Origin: Syntrophorhabdaceae bacterium | Lineage (GTDB): Bacteria > Desulfobacterota > Syntrophorhabdia > Syntrophorhabdales > Syntrophorhabdaceae | Assembly (NCBI GenBank): GCA_963665295.1 | Contig: OY762209.1 | Location: forward strand, 1,536,001 to 1,600,000 | DNA: 64,000 nucleotides | Direction of reading: 5' to 3' | Part shown: piece by piece, positions 49,062-58,762 of the stretch | Layout of the letters: each line of letters begins with the position of its first letter | Numbering within the stretch: position 1 is the first letter of the stretch | The notes under the pieces: generated by a model | What the model was told of the DNA's origin: nothing | Seen by the model: only the letters and a program-made list of their open reading frames with translations | Database searches by the model: none | Made by a program: the position numbers and the translations under genes

Positions 49062-50060
49062 TCACCTCCCCGTGGTCAGCAGTTTCTTCAACTCCGGACC
49101 GGTCTTGGGGTTCTTCTGGATAATGTCTTTCCAGCCCTCTTCATATCCCACTTTGAGGAATTTCTGTTTTTCCGCGGCCGGCAGATCGATGACCTGAAGG
49201 CCTTCCTTAAGCAGGATGGGCCGCTCCTGTTTGGCGAGGTCGTCGAAATAGGCAACTGCCCTCTTCTCCGCCTCTGCTGCCGCTTCGGTGAGGAGGTCTT
49301 TGAATTTCTTGGGAAGGTTGTTCCACGTCTTGAGGTTCATAACGAGAGGATTCGGCACCTGGTAGAAACCCGGTTCCACGATATATTTCACCTGCTTCTG
49401 CCATCCCCAGTCGCGGATACCCACGGCAGGCCAGCAAAAACCGTCCACCACATTTCTCTCAAGGGCAGGATATACTTCCGTGGGTGGGATTACCACGGGG
49501 TTCCCGCCAAGACCCTTGATAATCTGGAGGTACATGGGGGAGACCCTGATGTTGAGGCCCTTCAGGTCCGCGGTGTGTATGGGTTTCTTGAGGTAGAGAA
49601 AGAATTTCTCACCGAGACCGAGCCTTCCCAGGAGATAGAGTCCCTTTTTTTCGTGAAGGTCGTTCATGTACTTCCAGGCGCCTTTCGCGCGCTCCTGCGC
49701 AGGGGTAAATTCGGAGAGTTTGTACGCGTCAACCTCGGGAAGCACCGACACGTAGTAGGCGTTGGTGGTGTATACCATATCCACCATGCCCCGCTGCGCC
49801 GCCTGGATCTGGTCCGTGCTCTTCACCGCCTCGGGTCCGCCCACATAGTTGATCTTCAACTCGCCCGGATATTTCTTCGCCGTCATTTGTTCGACGAGGT
49901 CGGTGAAGATAAAGAAGGACTTGTTCTCACTCGATGTCTTGGGCCACCCTGTGACTGCTTTGAGGGTGATCGTCTCGGCCCTTGCGGGCATGACCGTTGC
50001 GCCAAGGACCGAAAAGGCGAAGAGAGCCGCCAGAACCACAAACGCTAATCTTTTTCCCAT
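49062..50060 (-). CDS. dctP: TRAP transporter substrate-binding protein DctP
   Basis: ATG 50060 with SD GAGGAGG; signal peptide, GGPEA, LKGLNIR and EVYPALERNVVDG. Confidence 0.92.
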   Translation of the reverse strand: MGKRLAFVVLAALFAFSVLGATVMPARAETITLKAVTGWPKTSSENKSFFIFTDLVEQMTAKKYPGELKINYVGGPEAVKSTDQIQAAQRGMVDMVYTTNAYYVSVLPEVDAYKLSEFTPAQERAKGAWKYMNDLHEKKGLYLLGRLGLGEKFFLYLKKPIHTADLKGLNIRVSPMYLQIIKGLGGNPVVIPPTEVYPALERNVVDGFCWPAVGIRDWGWQKQVKYIVEPGFYQVPNPLVMNLKTWNNLPKKFKDLLTEAAAEAEKRAVAYFDDLAKQERPILLKEGLQVIDLPAAEKQKFLKVGYEEGWKDIIQKNPKTGPELKKLLTTGR

Positions 50061-50164
50061 TGCAAACCTCCTCTTTTTTAGTGATATACCTTCCAGCTTT
50101 CTTTTGCAACCTTCTTTTTTTGTGGGGTTCACCCCCTTTTCCTTCTGCATCCTCTCACGCCCCT

Positions 50165-51484
50165 CTATTTCATACCCATAAGATTCGGCACCACAGTCGC
50201 GAGGAAGGGCATGGCGAGGACGAGGGCGATGCACACCATATCGATAATCACGTAGGGGGTGACCGCCTTCCATATATCCGCCATGCTTACGTCGGGGGGC
50301 GCCACGCCCTTCATTACGAAGAGGGTCACCCCGAAGGGCGGTGTGATCAGCCCCGTTTCAAGGGTAATGAGCATGAGCACCCCGAACCAGACCGTGTTGT
50401 AGCCGAAGGCGTTGATGACGGGCATGTATATGGGGATGGTAATCATCATTATGGCCACCGTTTCCATGAAGCAACCCATGATAAGGACCACTGCCAGCAT
50501 ACTGATGACGATCACCATAGGTGGGATGGTGAGGCTCGTGATGAACCCCGTCATGCCCGAGGCTGCGCCGGAGAAGGCGAGGATTTCGCCGTAGGTGCTG
50601 GAAACAATGATGATCATGAATATCATTACCGTGACCTTGACCGTGCCCATGACCGATTTCCTGAAGACGTCCCAACTGAGACGTCCGTAGATCAGGGCGA
50701 GGACAAAGGAACCCAGTGTGCCAGTGGCCGCCGCTTCCGTGGGTGTCGCCACCCCGAGGAATATGAGGCCGATTACCATGAAAATGATGAAGCCGAGGGG
50801 CAGAAGGTATTGGACGGTTACCCGCACCTTCTCCTTCAGGGGCACGTGGGGCACATCATACATGGGCGCTTCCTTGGGAAACATGTGGCACCAGGTGATG
50901 ACGAAGACAAAATAAAGGCCGGACATGATCATACCGGGCAATATGCCCGCAATGAGGAGTTGTCCCACATCGATATTTGCGAGGCTTGCGAGGACCACGG
51001 TAAGCGCGTTGGGAGGGATGAGGGCGTCAACCGTCCCTACCCCCATGAGGGGGCCGAGGCTCATATTCTTGCTGTAACCCCTTTTCAGCATGTCGGGAAG
51101 GAGAATGGTACCGAGGAGGGCGCACGTGGCGATAGTGGAGCCGCTCAATGCGCCTATGATTACCCCCATGATCACGGCGAGTATGGAAAGCCTCCCCCGG
51201 ACCTTGCCGAGCCATTTGTCGAGTACGTTCACCGCGTCGAGGCCGAGGCCGGAATGGAAGATCAACTCTCCCATGAGGATAAAGAAGGGCACGGGAAGGA
51301 GGGTGAAGGTGGTAATGGAGGTAAAGACCCCGGTGGCGACACCCATGAGTCCGGGTATCCCGCCGAGGAAAAAGTAGGCGGCCACCATGTTGACCACGAG
51401 AAAGGCAAAGGCTATGGGCAGGTTCGTGAGGAGCAGAAATACCATGCCCCCGAAGAGCAGGCTGATAATGAGCCACCATTCCAT
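50165..51484 (-). CDS. dctM: TRAP transporter large permease DctM
   Basis: Polytopic membrane protein with PIAF, VPFFILMG, SGS..A, LIPP, ATPTEAA, WFG and ITPPFG. Confidence 0.95.
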   Translation of the reverse strand: MEWWLIISLLFGGMVFLLLTNLPIAFAFLVVNMVAAYFFLGGIPGLMGVATGVFTSITTFTLLPVPFFILMGELIFHSGLGLDAVNVLDKWLGKVRGRLSILAVIMGVIIGALSGSTIATCALLGTILLPDMLKRGYSKNMSLGPLMGVGTVDALIPPNALTVVLASLANIDVGQLLIAGILPGMIMSGLYFVFVITWCHMFPKEAPMYDVPHVPLKEKVRVTVQYLLPLGFIIFMVIGLIFLGVATPTEAAATGTLGSFVLALIYGRLSWDVFRKSVMGTVKVTVMIFMIIIVSSTYGEILAFSGAASGMTGFITSLTIPPMVIVISMLAVVLIMGCFMETVAIMMITIPIYMPVINAFGYNTVWFGVLMLITLETGLITPPFGVTLFVMKGVAPPDVSMADIWKAVTPYVIIDMVCIALVLAMPFLATVVPNLMGMK

Positions 51485-51487
51485 GGG

Positions 51488-51982
51488 CTACCTCCCTTCC
51501 CTGATCCCGGTAAGCCTGTCCCACGCCATCCGGAAGAACTGGATGGCAAGAAGGATGCTGCCGATGGGGATGATGATGAAGATAGCTGCCTTGGGAACGG
51601 TCACCGCCCTTACGTCGGTTACCCCGTTTATGATACTGTCAATGGTGTATTCAGCGCCGAAGTAGACCATAATGGCCGAGACGAGCCCGCCCACCACGCC
51701 CATGATGAAATTGAGCCAATGTTTGGCCTTCTCCGTGAGGTGAACATATATGATGTCCGTGGTGATATGGCCGCCTTCCCGGAGGAGCCAGGCGGTTGCA
51801 AGAAAGACGATCCAGAGAAGGGCATATTCGGTGGTCTGAATGATCCATATGGTCGTCTGTTTGAAAAAGAACCGCATACCGATGGTATAGCAGACCGCTG
51901 CCACGATGAAGACGAGTATTACCCCTGCTGCGCCCGCCATCACGTCCAGGAGTTTGTCGAAGAACCGCCAGAACACCTTCAT
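51488..51982 (-). CDS. dctQ: TRAP transporter small permease DctQ
   Basis: Four TM helices with R.FF, EY.LL, GHI..D; directly upstream of dctM. Confidence 0.92.
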   Translation of the reverse strand: MKVFWRFFDKLLDVMAGAAGVILVFIVAAVCYTIGMRFFFKQTTIWIIQTTEYALLWIVFLATAWLLREGGHITTDIIYVHLTEKAKHWLNFIMGVVGGLVSAIMVYFGAEYTIDSIINGVTDVRAVTVPKAAIFIIIPIGSILLAIQFFRMAWDRLTGIREGR

Positions 51983-52154
51983 TAAACGTACCTCCTCGCA
52001 CACGAAAGTAAAACGTATCTGTTTCGACGGTCAGAGGACCGACCTCCCTGCCCGTATCTCGCGAGTCTTCAGCCTTGCAAAAAAGGGTATCCCTTCCCAC
52101 AAGGGTACGACCGGGCCTTCCCTCTTGCCTTCAGGAAGAGCGCCCGTAATAAAT

Positions 52155-52838
52155 CTAAGTCTTCACCTTGTGTTCTTCTTTAAAGGCGTAACGAAGTGTG
52201 TCCGCTTTGGACTGGTCCAGGTGACGCTTTACCGACTCCGATATCTCTTCGGGGTCGCCCCGTTTAATGGCGTCGAGTATGGCCTTGTGACCCTCAATGG
52301 CCCTGACCGCGGGATCGGGGAGGTACATGCTCTCCAGCCTGTACCGGAGCGCATGCCGCCTCAGGGTCTGGGCAAGTTCGAGGAGGCGTTTGCCCCCGCT
52401 CAACCTTGCGATGATTTCATGGAACTGGGCGTCGATATCGGCGATGGCGCACGTGTCGCCCGACGCAACGTGTCTTTCAGCGAGTTCGATATTCTTCTTC
52501 AACTCTTTTATCAGTTTATCGCGGGCCTTCTCCACGGCCCACCGGACGGCAAGCCCTTCAATGAGGAACCTGATCTCCCAGAGTTCCACCACCTCGGAGT
52601 CGCTTATGGGCTTTACCATGTAGCCGATGCGCGGCAGGGATTCGAGGAGCCCCTCGATCTCCAGGCTGTGAAGGGCCTCCCTCACGGGGGTCCTGGATGT
52701 GCCTATATCCTGCGCTATCTTTGCCTCCACGAGCCGTTCGTTGGCCTTGATCTCACCGCTTAAGATCTGTTCCCTCACATACTCATAAACCTTTCTCCGG
52801 ATCGTGGGGCTGTCCTTGATAACGAGCTTCTTCTCCAT
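52155..52838 (-). CDS. GntR-family regulator (FCD subfamily)
   Basis: HTH GTSRTPVREAL..LE.EGL; FCD motifs D.QFH..I and EH..I.DAI; start overlaps the beta-subunit stop. Confidence 0.93.
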   Translation of the reverse strand: MEKKLVIKDSPTIRRKVYEYVREQILSGEIKANERLVEAKIAQDIGTSRTPVREALHSLEIEGLLESLPRIGYMVKPISDSEVVELWEIRFLIEGLAVRWAVEKARDKLIKELKKNIELAERHVASGDTCAIADIDAQFHEIIARLSGGKRLLELAQTLRRHALRYRLESMYLPDPAVRAIEGHKAILDAIKRGDPEEISESVKRHLDQSKADTLRYAFKEEHKVKT

Positions 52839-53719
52839 CAGATGCAACCTCCCGTCTCTGTTTGTGCCACGAGGCGCTCCCAGTCTTCGTCTACCTCCTT
52901 CTGGAGGCGCTCCACATCATCCGCCGTGAAATGGCGGAACCGGCCCTGTATCTTCAGATATTCGTCGACCGACAGGCCCTGGGGTTGGTGGGTGATCCGG
53001 TACTCCGTCCCGTCTATGATCTCGTAAAGGGGAAAGAGCCTGGTCTCCACCGCAAGCTGCGCCGCCACCGCAGTCAGATCTTCGGGCATTCTCCAGCCCG
53101 TGGGGCACGGTGTCAAAGTATGGATGAACTTCGTGCCCTTTATCTTCTTTGCCTTCTCTATCTTCTCCATGAGATCCCAGGGGTGCCCGACCGAGGCGGT
53201 TGCCGCATAAGGCATGCGGTGGGCTGCGATGATCTGCATGAATTTCTTCTTCCTTCCCCGTCTTCCTCCCGGGGTAGTCATGGTCCACGCCTTTTCCGGC
53301 GTGGACGAACTCGACTGGATGCCCGTGTTCATATAGGCTTCGTTATCGAGACAGACATAGATGAAGTTCTCGTTCCGGTCCGCGGCGCCGGACAGGGACT
53401 GAAGCCCTATGTCGAAGGTCCCCCCGTCGCCCGCGAAGGCAACGGTCGTCACGTCCTCCCGGCCCTGGATCTTGAGCGCATTGGCGATGCCCGCCGCAGT
53501 GGGGGCTGCGATCTCGAAGGCCGTGTGGAAGCAGGGCACGGCAAAGGTGCTGTTCGGGTAGGTGGCGCTGATCACGCCCACGCACGACGGCAGGATCACT
53601 ACTATGGTCTTTTCTCCAAGAACCTTGAGGACGAGCCTCATGGTGTTCGCTTCGCCACAACCCGGGCATGCCATGTGCCCTGAACGCATATATTCTTTTT
53701 CCGCCGATGATCTGGTCAT
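52838..53719 (-). CDS. porB: 2-oxoacid:acceptor oxidoreductase beta subunit (TPP-binding)
   Basis: GHMACPGCG, GDGGTFDIG, DNEAYMNTG and PCPTGW; ATG 53719 overlaps the alpha stop. Confidence 0.92.
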   Translation of the reverse strand: MTRSSAEKEYMRSGHMACPGCGEANTMRLVLKVLGEKTIVVILPSCVGVISATYPNSTFAVPCFHTAFEIAAPTAAGIANALKIQGREDVTTVAFAGDGGTFDIGLQSLSGAADRNENFIYVCLDNEAYMNTGIQSSSSTPEKAWTMTTPGGRRGRKKKFMQIIAAHRMPYAATASVGHPWDLMEKIEKAKKIKGTKFIHTLTPCPTGWRMPEDLTAVAAQLAVETRLFPLYEIIDGTEYRITHQPQGLSVDEYLKIQGRFRHFTADDVERLQKEVDEDWERLVAQTETGGCI

Positions 53720-54873
53720 GTCATATCCCTCCGTATCCATACAGGCAAATTGTCCGGTATCTCTTTCTCCATGGCCCGGACCACCATATCCTCGATCATG
53801 TCGGGCGATACGTCGGCGCCGCAGATGCCCGCGATATAGCCGAACACCTCCGGCCGTCGCGGGAGCGGATAAAGGGCGGCCTTCAATTCCTGGCACCATA
53901 TACCCTCTTTGCCCAGAGAGATGTTGCGGTCGAGTACCGCCACTTTGGGAACGTCCTTCAATATATGCCGCACTTCCTCGGAGGGGAAGGGCCTGAAGCC
54001 TTTCATCTTGAGGAGCCCCGCTTTATAGCCCTTGTCCCTGAGGGAACGGATCGCCACGCGGGCGGTGCTCGTCATGGCGCCGCTCGTGACGAGGACTATG
54101 TCCGCGCCGGCCGTATCCACGGCCTCCACCGTGCCGTAGCCCCTGCCCACGATACGGCGGTATTCTTCGTTTACCTCCCGTATCACGGGCCTCGCCTTCT
54201 CCATGTCCTCGAAGCTCCTTTGCCTGTATGCCATGTACTGTTCGGGGTTCACCACATTCGCCACATACGCGGGTTCCTTGATGTCGAACCGGGTAGGCAC
54301 GCTGAAGGGCGGTAAAAAGGCATCGATCAACTCCTGATCGGGTATCTCGACAGGTTCGATGAAATGGGAGGTGAAAAACCCGTCTATACAGACCATGACG
54401 GGAAGAAGCACCTGCTCGGCTATCTTGTACGCCTGGACCACCGTATCAAAGGCTTCTTGGGCATCTTCACAGTAAAACTGGAGCCATCCCGTGTCCCGCT
54501 GGGAGAGGCTGTCGGATTGGTCGCTTCCGAAGGCCCATGGAACGGAGATGACACGGTTCACGTTCGTCATGACAATGGGGACCCGGTTGCCCGAGGCAAA
54601 GTGAAGCATTTCGTGCATGAGGGCGAGGCCCTGGGAGGCGGTTGCCGTAAAGGTGCGCACTCCCGTGAGGGAGGCGGAGATGCAGGCCGCCATGGCCGAA
54701 TGTTCCGATTCCGGCCGCATCATGATGCCCGTGAGCTTCCCCTCGTTTTCCATATCCGAGAGCTTTTCGTAGATGGGGGTTTGGGGAGTGATGGGGTAGG
54801 CCGCCACAAACTGCACCCGCGCAAGGCGCACGGCTTCCGCTACCGCGTAGTTGCCTGCAAGAAGCAGTCTCAT
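53716..54873 (-). CDS. porA: 2-oxoacid:acceptor oxidoreductase alpha subunit
   Basis: GNYAVA, AYPITPQT, ESEHSA, TATASQGL, RDTGW and FRPFP; ATG 54873. Confidence 0.92.
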   Translation of the reverse strand: MRLLLAGNYAVAEAVRLARVQFVAAYPITPQTPIYEKLSDMENEGKLTGIMMRPESEHSAMAACISASLTGVRTFTATASQGLALMHEMLHFASGNRVPIVMTNVNRVISVPWAFGSDQSDSLSQRDTGWLQFYCEDAQEAFDTVVQAYKIAEQVLLPVMVCIDGFFTSHFIEPVEIPDQELIDAFLPPFSVPTRFDIKEPAYVANVVNPEQYMAYRQRSFEDMEKARPVIREVNEEYRRIVGRGYGTVEAVDTAGADIVLVTSGAMTSTARVAIRSLRDKGYKAGLLKMKGFRPFPSEEVRHILKDVPKVAVLDRNISLGKEGIWCQELKAALYPLPRRPEVFGYIAGICGADVSPDMIEDMVVRAMEKEIPDNLPVWIRRDMT

Positions 54874-56660
54874 TGGCCACCCCCTGTTGCGTTCTCCCGG
54901 GTTGCGGCGCCGGTTTCGCCCATTTCTATCACGTGCCTGGGGCACGTGGTGGCGCATATGCCGCAGCCCTTGCAGTAGTCCGTCTCCACTCCGTAGCCTT
55001 TCGGTTTTTTTGTTATGGAGATGTCGGGACAGAGGAGGAAGCAAAGGTCGCACTCGGTGCAGGTCCCGCACTTAAAGCAGCGCGAGGTTTCGTCCTCCAT
55101 GACCCCGGGATCGAGGCCCGTGGTAATCTCGTGAAAAGTGCTTACGCTTTCCGCGGAGTTCAGCATGTCAGGGTTGTCGTTTCGCGCACCGTGGGCGTAG
55201 CAGAGGGTATTGATCTTCTCGAAGGGAACGATATCCTTGAGGTCGTACGCGTGGCCCGCGGGGTCGACAAGGTGGGAGAAGGAAAAGGATGGCCGGGCGC
55301 CTATCCGGTGTTTTTCGAACTCTTTCCTGATCTCCTTTCCTTCCAGAAAACAATGGATTGCGAGGGCGCCCATCTTGCCCGCCGCAATGGCATCCGCCAC
55401 GAAGGCCTTCGTCCCCGAACTGTCCCCTCCCGCAAAAACCCCTTCCAGGTTGGTCTCTGCAGTGGCGGGAGAGATCTCGATCATGCCCCGCTTGTCTATT
55501 ATAAGTCCCGGTCCGCTCGCGAACCCGGATTCGGGTATCTGTCCTATGGCCCCGACCAGTGTATCGACGGGGACCACGAACTCCGATCCCGCTACAGGGA
55601 CCGGTTGAGGCCTTCCGCTTGCATCCGGCGCGGCAAGTTCCATCCTGACGCACTCGATGCCTGCAAGCTTCCCCTTCTCCGAAATGAGTCTCTTCGGCGC
55701 GGCCAGCACGTGGATGGTGATCCCTTCTCTCTCCGCGGCGGCAAGGTCTTCGTCGAGGGCGGGCATCAGGTCCCGGGTACGCCGGTAGATGATGGTCACT
55801 TCTTCTCCACCGAGACGTCTCGCGGCCCGGGCACAGTCGACTGCGGTATTGCCGCCGCCGATGACTGCCACCTTCTTTCCTGTTTCGACCTTGCTGCCGA
55901 GGTTTATATCCCTCAGGAATCTTATCCCTTCCATTACGCCGGGAAGTTCCTCGCCTTCCATACCCAGCCGGGTGCCCCCGTGGGCGCCCACGGCAATAAA
56001 GACTGCCTTGTGGTCCGCCCTTATCTCCTGAAGGGAGGCATCGATGCCCACCCGGAACCCCGTCCTGATTTCTACTCCCAGGTCTCTGATGTACCCTATC
56101 TCCTTGCGAAGAACCTCTTTGGGAAGACGGTACTCCGGGATACCATACATGAGCATTCCTCCGGGCTCGGGGAGGGCCTCGAAGACCGTGACCCTGTAGC
56201 CCAGCCTTGAGAGGTGACAGGCGGAGCTCAAGCCGGCGGGTCCCGATCCGACGACCGCGACACGCTCATCCCTCATGACGGGCGCCCTTTCCCGTGTTAC
56301 GTCTACCTTGCCGTGGTCGGAAAGGAACCGTTCGAAACCCCGGATGTTGATCGCTTTGTCAAAATCTTTCCGGTTGCACTCGACCTCACACGGATGATAA
56401 CAGACTCTCCCGCACACGCCGGGGAGGGGGTTGTCCTCCCGGAACACCCTGAGCGCCTCATCGTAGTCGCCCTTCGACGCATGGGCGAAGGCCCTCGAAA
56501 TATCGTTGCCTATGGGACACCCGTGGCGGCACGGCGAGGTTTTCTCCACGTATACGGGTTTCTTCGGGCTCCAGCGTCCCGTGAGAAATATCCCGGTGGA
56601 ACCCCGCGAAAAGGGGGCCAAAGGCTCTATGTCTTTAATGGTCAATTTATGCTCGCTCAT
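54870..56660 (-). CDS. OFOR delta-like ferredoxin subunit with an inserted GltD/NfnB-like FAD-NAD(P)H oxidoreductase
   Basis: N-terminal TG.W...KPV; GltD-type Fe-S motifs (PC..GCP, CGRVC.HPCE..C); VGSGPAG; GGGNTAVDCAR; YRRT; C-terminal C..C..C...CP and CKGCGICA..CP. Confidence 0.88.
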   Translation of the reverse strand: MSEHKLTIKDIEPLAPFSRGSTGIFLTGRWSPKKPVYVEKTSPCRHGCPIGNDISRAFAHASKGDYDEALRVFREDNPLPGVCGRVCYHPCEVECNRKDFDKAINIRGFERFLSDHGKVDVTRERAPVMRDERVAVVGSGPAGLSSACHLSRLGYRVTVFEALPEPGGMLMYGIPEYRLPKEVLRKEIGYIRDLGVEIRTGFRVGIDASLQEIRADHKAVFIAVGAHGGTRLGMEGEELPGVMEGIRFLRDINLGSKVETGKKVAVIGGGNTAVDCARAARRLGGEEVTIIYRRTRDLMPALDEDLAAAEREGITIHVLAAPKRLISEKGKLAGIECVRMELAAPDASGRPQPVPVAGSEFVVPVDTLVGAIGQIPESGFASGPGLIIDKRGMIEISPATAETNLEGVFAGGDSSGTKAFVADAIAAGKMGALAIHCFLEGKEIRKEFEKHRIGARPSFSFSHLVDPAGHAYDLKDIVPFEKINTLCYAHGARNDNPDMLNSAESVSTFHEITTGLDPGVMEDETSRCFKCGTCTECDLCFLLCPDISITKKPKGYGVETDYCKGCGICATTCPRHVIEMGETGAATRENATGGGQ

Positions 56661-56682
56661 CTGCTCCACTCCTTCCAGGTTC

Positions 56683-57225
56683 TCAGGATATCAGACGGGT
56701 CAGTTCGTATGCCCGCCGTGCGGCAGCGATATTCTCGTCGATCTTGGCGGGGACGGTCTCCCTGATTGCCTGTTCGAGGTATTCCATGGATACGGCCCCG
56801 CTCGCCCTGGCGTAGGCCCCCAGTATAGCGGTGTTGATCGTACTCCCGAGGCCCGCTTCGTCGGCAATCGAAAGGGCGTCCACAAGGGCCAGGTGGAATT
56901 TCTGCAGGGGCTTGAATTCATTCGTGGTAAGGGCGTTGTTGATGAGGATGAGCCCGCCCGGTTTCAAGGTTGTCTCAACCTCCGCCTCATCGACGAGGTC
57001 CGGGGCCATGTAAATCACCTGATCCGGGCGCCTGATCTCGCACTTGAGAAAGATCTTTTCCTTATCGACCCGGAGGAAACTCGCCACAGGAGCGCCGCGC
57101 CTCTCGCCGCCGAAAACCGAGAAACACTGGGGATACATTCCCATGAGAAAGAAGACCTTCGCGAGGATCTGGGCAGCGATGACCGCCCCCTGTCCTCCCC
57201 TTCCGTAGAATTTAATTTCAGTCAT
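56683..57225 (-). CDS. porG: 2-oxoacid:acceptor oxidoreductase gamma subunit
   Basis: Motifs GRGGQGAV, FGGERRGAPV and NTAILGA. Confidence 0.93.
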   Translation of the reverse strand: MTEIKFYGRGGQGAVIAAQILAKVFFLMGMYPQCFSVFGGERRGAPVASFLRVDKEKIFLKCEIRRPDQVIYMAPDLVDEAEVETTLKPGGLILINNALTTNEFKPLQKFHLALVDALSIADEAGLGSTINTAILGAYARASGAVSMEYLEQAIRETVPAKIDENIAAARRAYELTRLIS

Positions 57226-57408
57226 CGGTCGTTAACCCCTTTCCTGTAAGCTCTATACTCTTAAGGACGCATTGCGTGCGGCGTCGACAGACGTTATCCC
57301 GGGCAGGAACAGAATAGGTTTTCAGCTTTCGTGCACAATCCGCTGACGCTGCCTGATGTCTCCTGAACCCCTTTGCACGAGTCGGCCAATCCAAATCAAG
57401 TTTTGATC

Positions 57409-57447
57409 GTTATTGAATACTGTACCCCAGCAAGAAGCGTCTGTCAA
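57409..57447 (-). promoter_or_regulatory. Sigma70 promoter of the OFOR-GntR-TRAP operon with possible GntR/FCD operator
   Basis: Minus strand TTGACA (57447-57442)-N17-TACAGT (57424-57419). The overlapping GTACAGTATTCAA resembles FCD-type GntR boxes. Confidence 0.55.
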
Positions 57448-57531
57448 TAGACAATTTGCCATATTTTCCGCGCCGCCGAAAGAGCCGTTTTATTTATTGA
57501 GTTTTTTCCCCTTTACAGGTAGAGTCTAAAA

Positions 57532-58704
57532 ATGGAGAGATTTGCTTCCTTGAAGGGCAGGGCATTCCTGCTCCTTCTGTTCCTGGCCTTTCTGTGGTTC
57601 CTCAATTTTGTGGGGAGGACGCTCTTCGCCCCGGTCCTGCCCTTATTGGAGGATGAATTTCACATCGCCCACGCGAAGGCAAGCAGCATCTTCGTCTTTC
57701 AGTCCCTCGGCTACGGGATTTCCATATTCTTTTCCGGTCTTCTCTCGGGTCGCGCCGGATACCGGCGGTCGATCATCGTATCCCTTGTGGTGACGGCGTG
57801 CATCTTTTTCATGATCCCCTTTTCCAGGGACTTCTCCGTCCTCTACGTGTACGCCTCTGTAGTCGGCCTTGCCACGGGCGTCTATATCCCGGCGGTAATG
57901 CCCCTCATCACCCGCTCCTATGACGAGAGGATCTGGGGCAAGACCATCGCCATTCATGACTCGGCGGCCTCCATAGGGGTATTCGCGACGCCCCTCATCG
58001 CCCTTCTTCTGCTCAGATTCTTCACGTGGAGAGGCATGTTCGGCGCCATGGGGATCGTGTTCCTCCTTGCCGCCCTGGCACTTTATTTTCTTTTCGACGA
58101 ATTGAAGGTCGGCAAAATAACCAGGGCTGCCATCGGTAATTTCATGACCAGGAGGTCACTCTGGATATTAAGTGCTGTCTGGATCTTCCCTGCGTCGACG
58201 AGCCTGGGCATTTACTCCATAATCCCCCTTTATCTCACAAAGGAACTGCACCTCGACATAGGGTATGCAAATACCATATTCGGGATATCGAGGCTCGGAG
58301 GGTTCGTGGTCGCCATCAGCGCGGGTTTCCTCGTTACGCGTTTCAGTCTGAGGAGTATCATGGTTTCCATACTCGTGATCTCCGGGGCATTCACGGTTTT
58401 TGTGGGCCTCGCGGGTGTCCGGGTGATCGGCGTAGCCCTCTTTCTCCAGGCGAGTTTTATCTATGGGTTTTTCCCCGCAGGCCTTATCGCGATCTCCCGG
58501 ATGTTCGACCTCAATGTGAGGGGAATCGCCACGGGTTTCATATTCGGGTTCGGTGTCGTATTCGGCTGGGGCGTGGCCCCTTTCCTTCTCGGTCTCTCGG
58601 GAGACGTGCTGAGTTTCCGGTTCGGCATCCTCGTGCTCGGCATCTCCACCATCCTCTCCTCGGGGCTGATCTTCCTCCTCAGGGAACTCCGCCCGGAAAA
58701 GTGA
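57532..58704 (+). CDS. Major facilitator superfamily transporter
   Basis: About 12 hydrophobic helices with an MFS motif A-like GLLSGRAGYRR; divergent from porG. Confidence 0.9.
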   Translation: MERFASLKGRAFLLLLFLAFLWFLNFVGRTLFAPVLPLLEDEFHIAHAKASSIFVFQSLGYGISIFFSGLLSGRAGYRRSIIVSLVVTACIFFMIPFSRDFSVLYVYASVVGLATGVYIPAVMPLITRSYDERIWGKTIAIHDSAASIGVFATPLIALLLLRFFTWRGMFGAMGIVFLLAALALYFLFDELKVGKITRAAIGNFMTRRSLWILSAVWIFPASTSLGIYSIIPLYLTKELHLDIGYANTIFGISRLGGFVVAISAGFLVTRFSLRSIMVSILVISGAFTVFVGLAGVRVIGVALFLQASFIYGFFPAGLIAISRMFDLNVRGIATGFIFGFGVVFGWGVAPFLLGLSGDVLSFRFGILVLGISTILSSGLIFLLRELRPEK

Positions 58705-58762
58705 AGACCGCCGGAGCGGCGGTCAACCTGAAGGGCCGGACGTTGCGAGGCCGCTCATTCCG

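Noticed and set aside
42163..56210. Long plus-strand ORFs (42163-43905, 45022-46491, 47874-48944, 49997-51985, 54873-56210)
   Set aside because: They are antisense shadows of well-supported minus-strand genes, expected from high GC3 codon bias, and have no protein motifs.
57226..57410. TPP riboswitch in the ~185-nt leader of the OFOR operon
   Set aside because: The conserved CUGAGA and associated TPP aptamer elements are not present on the minus strand.
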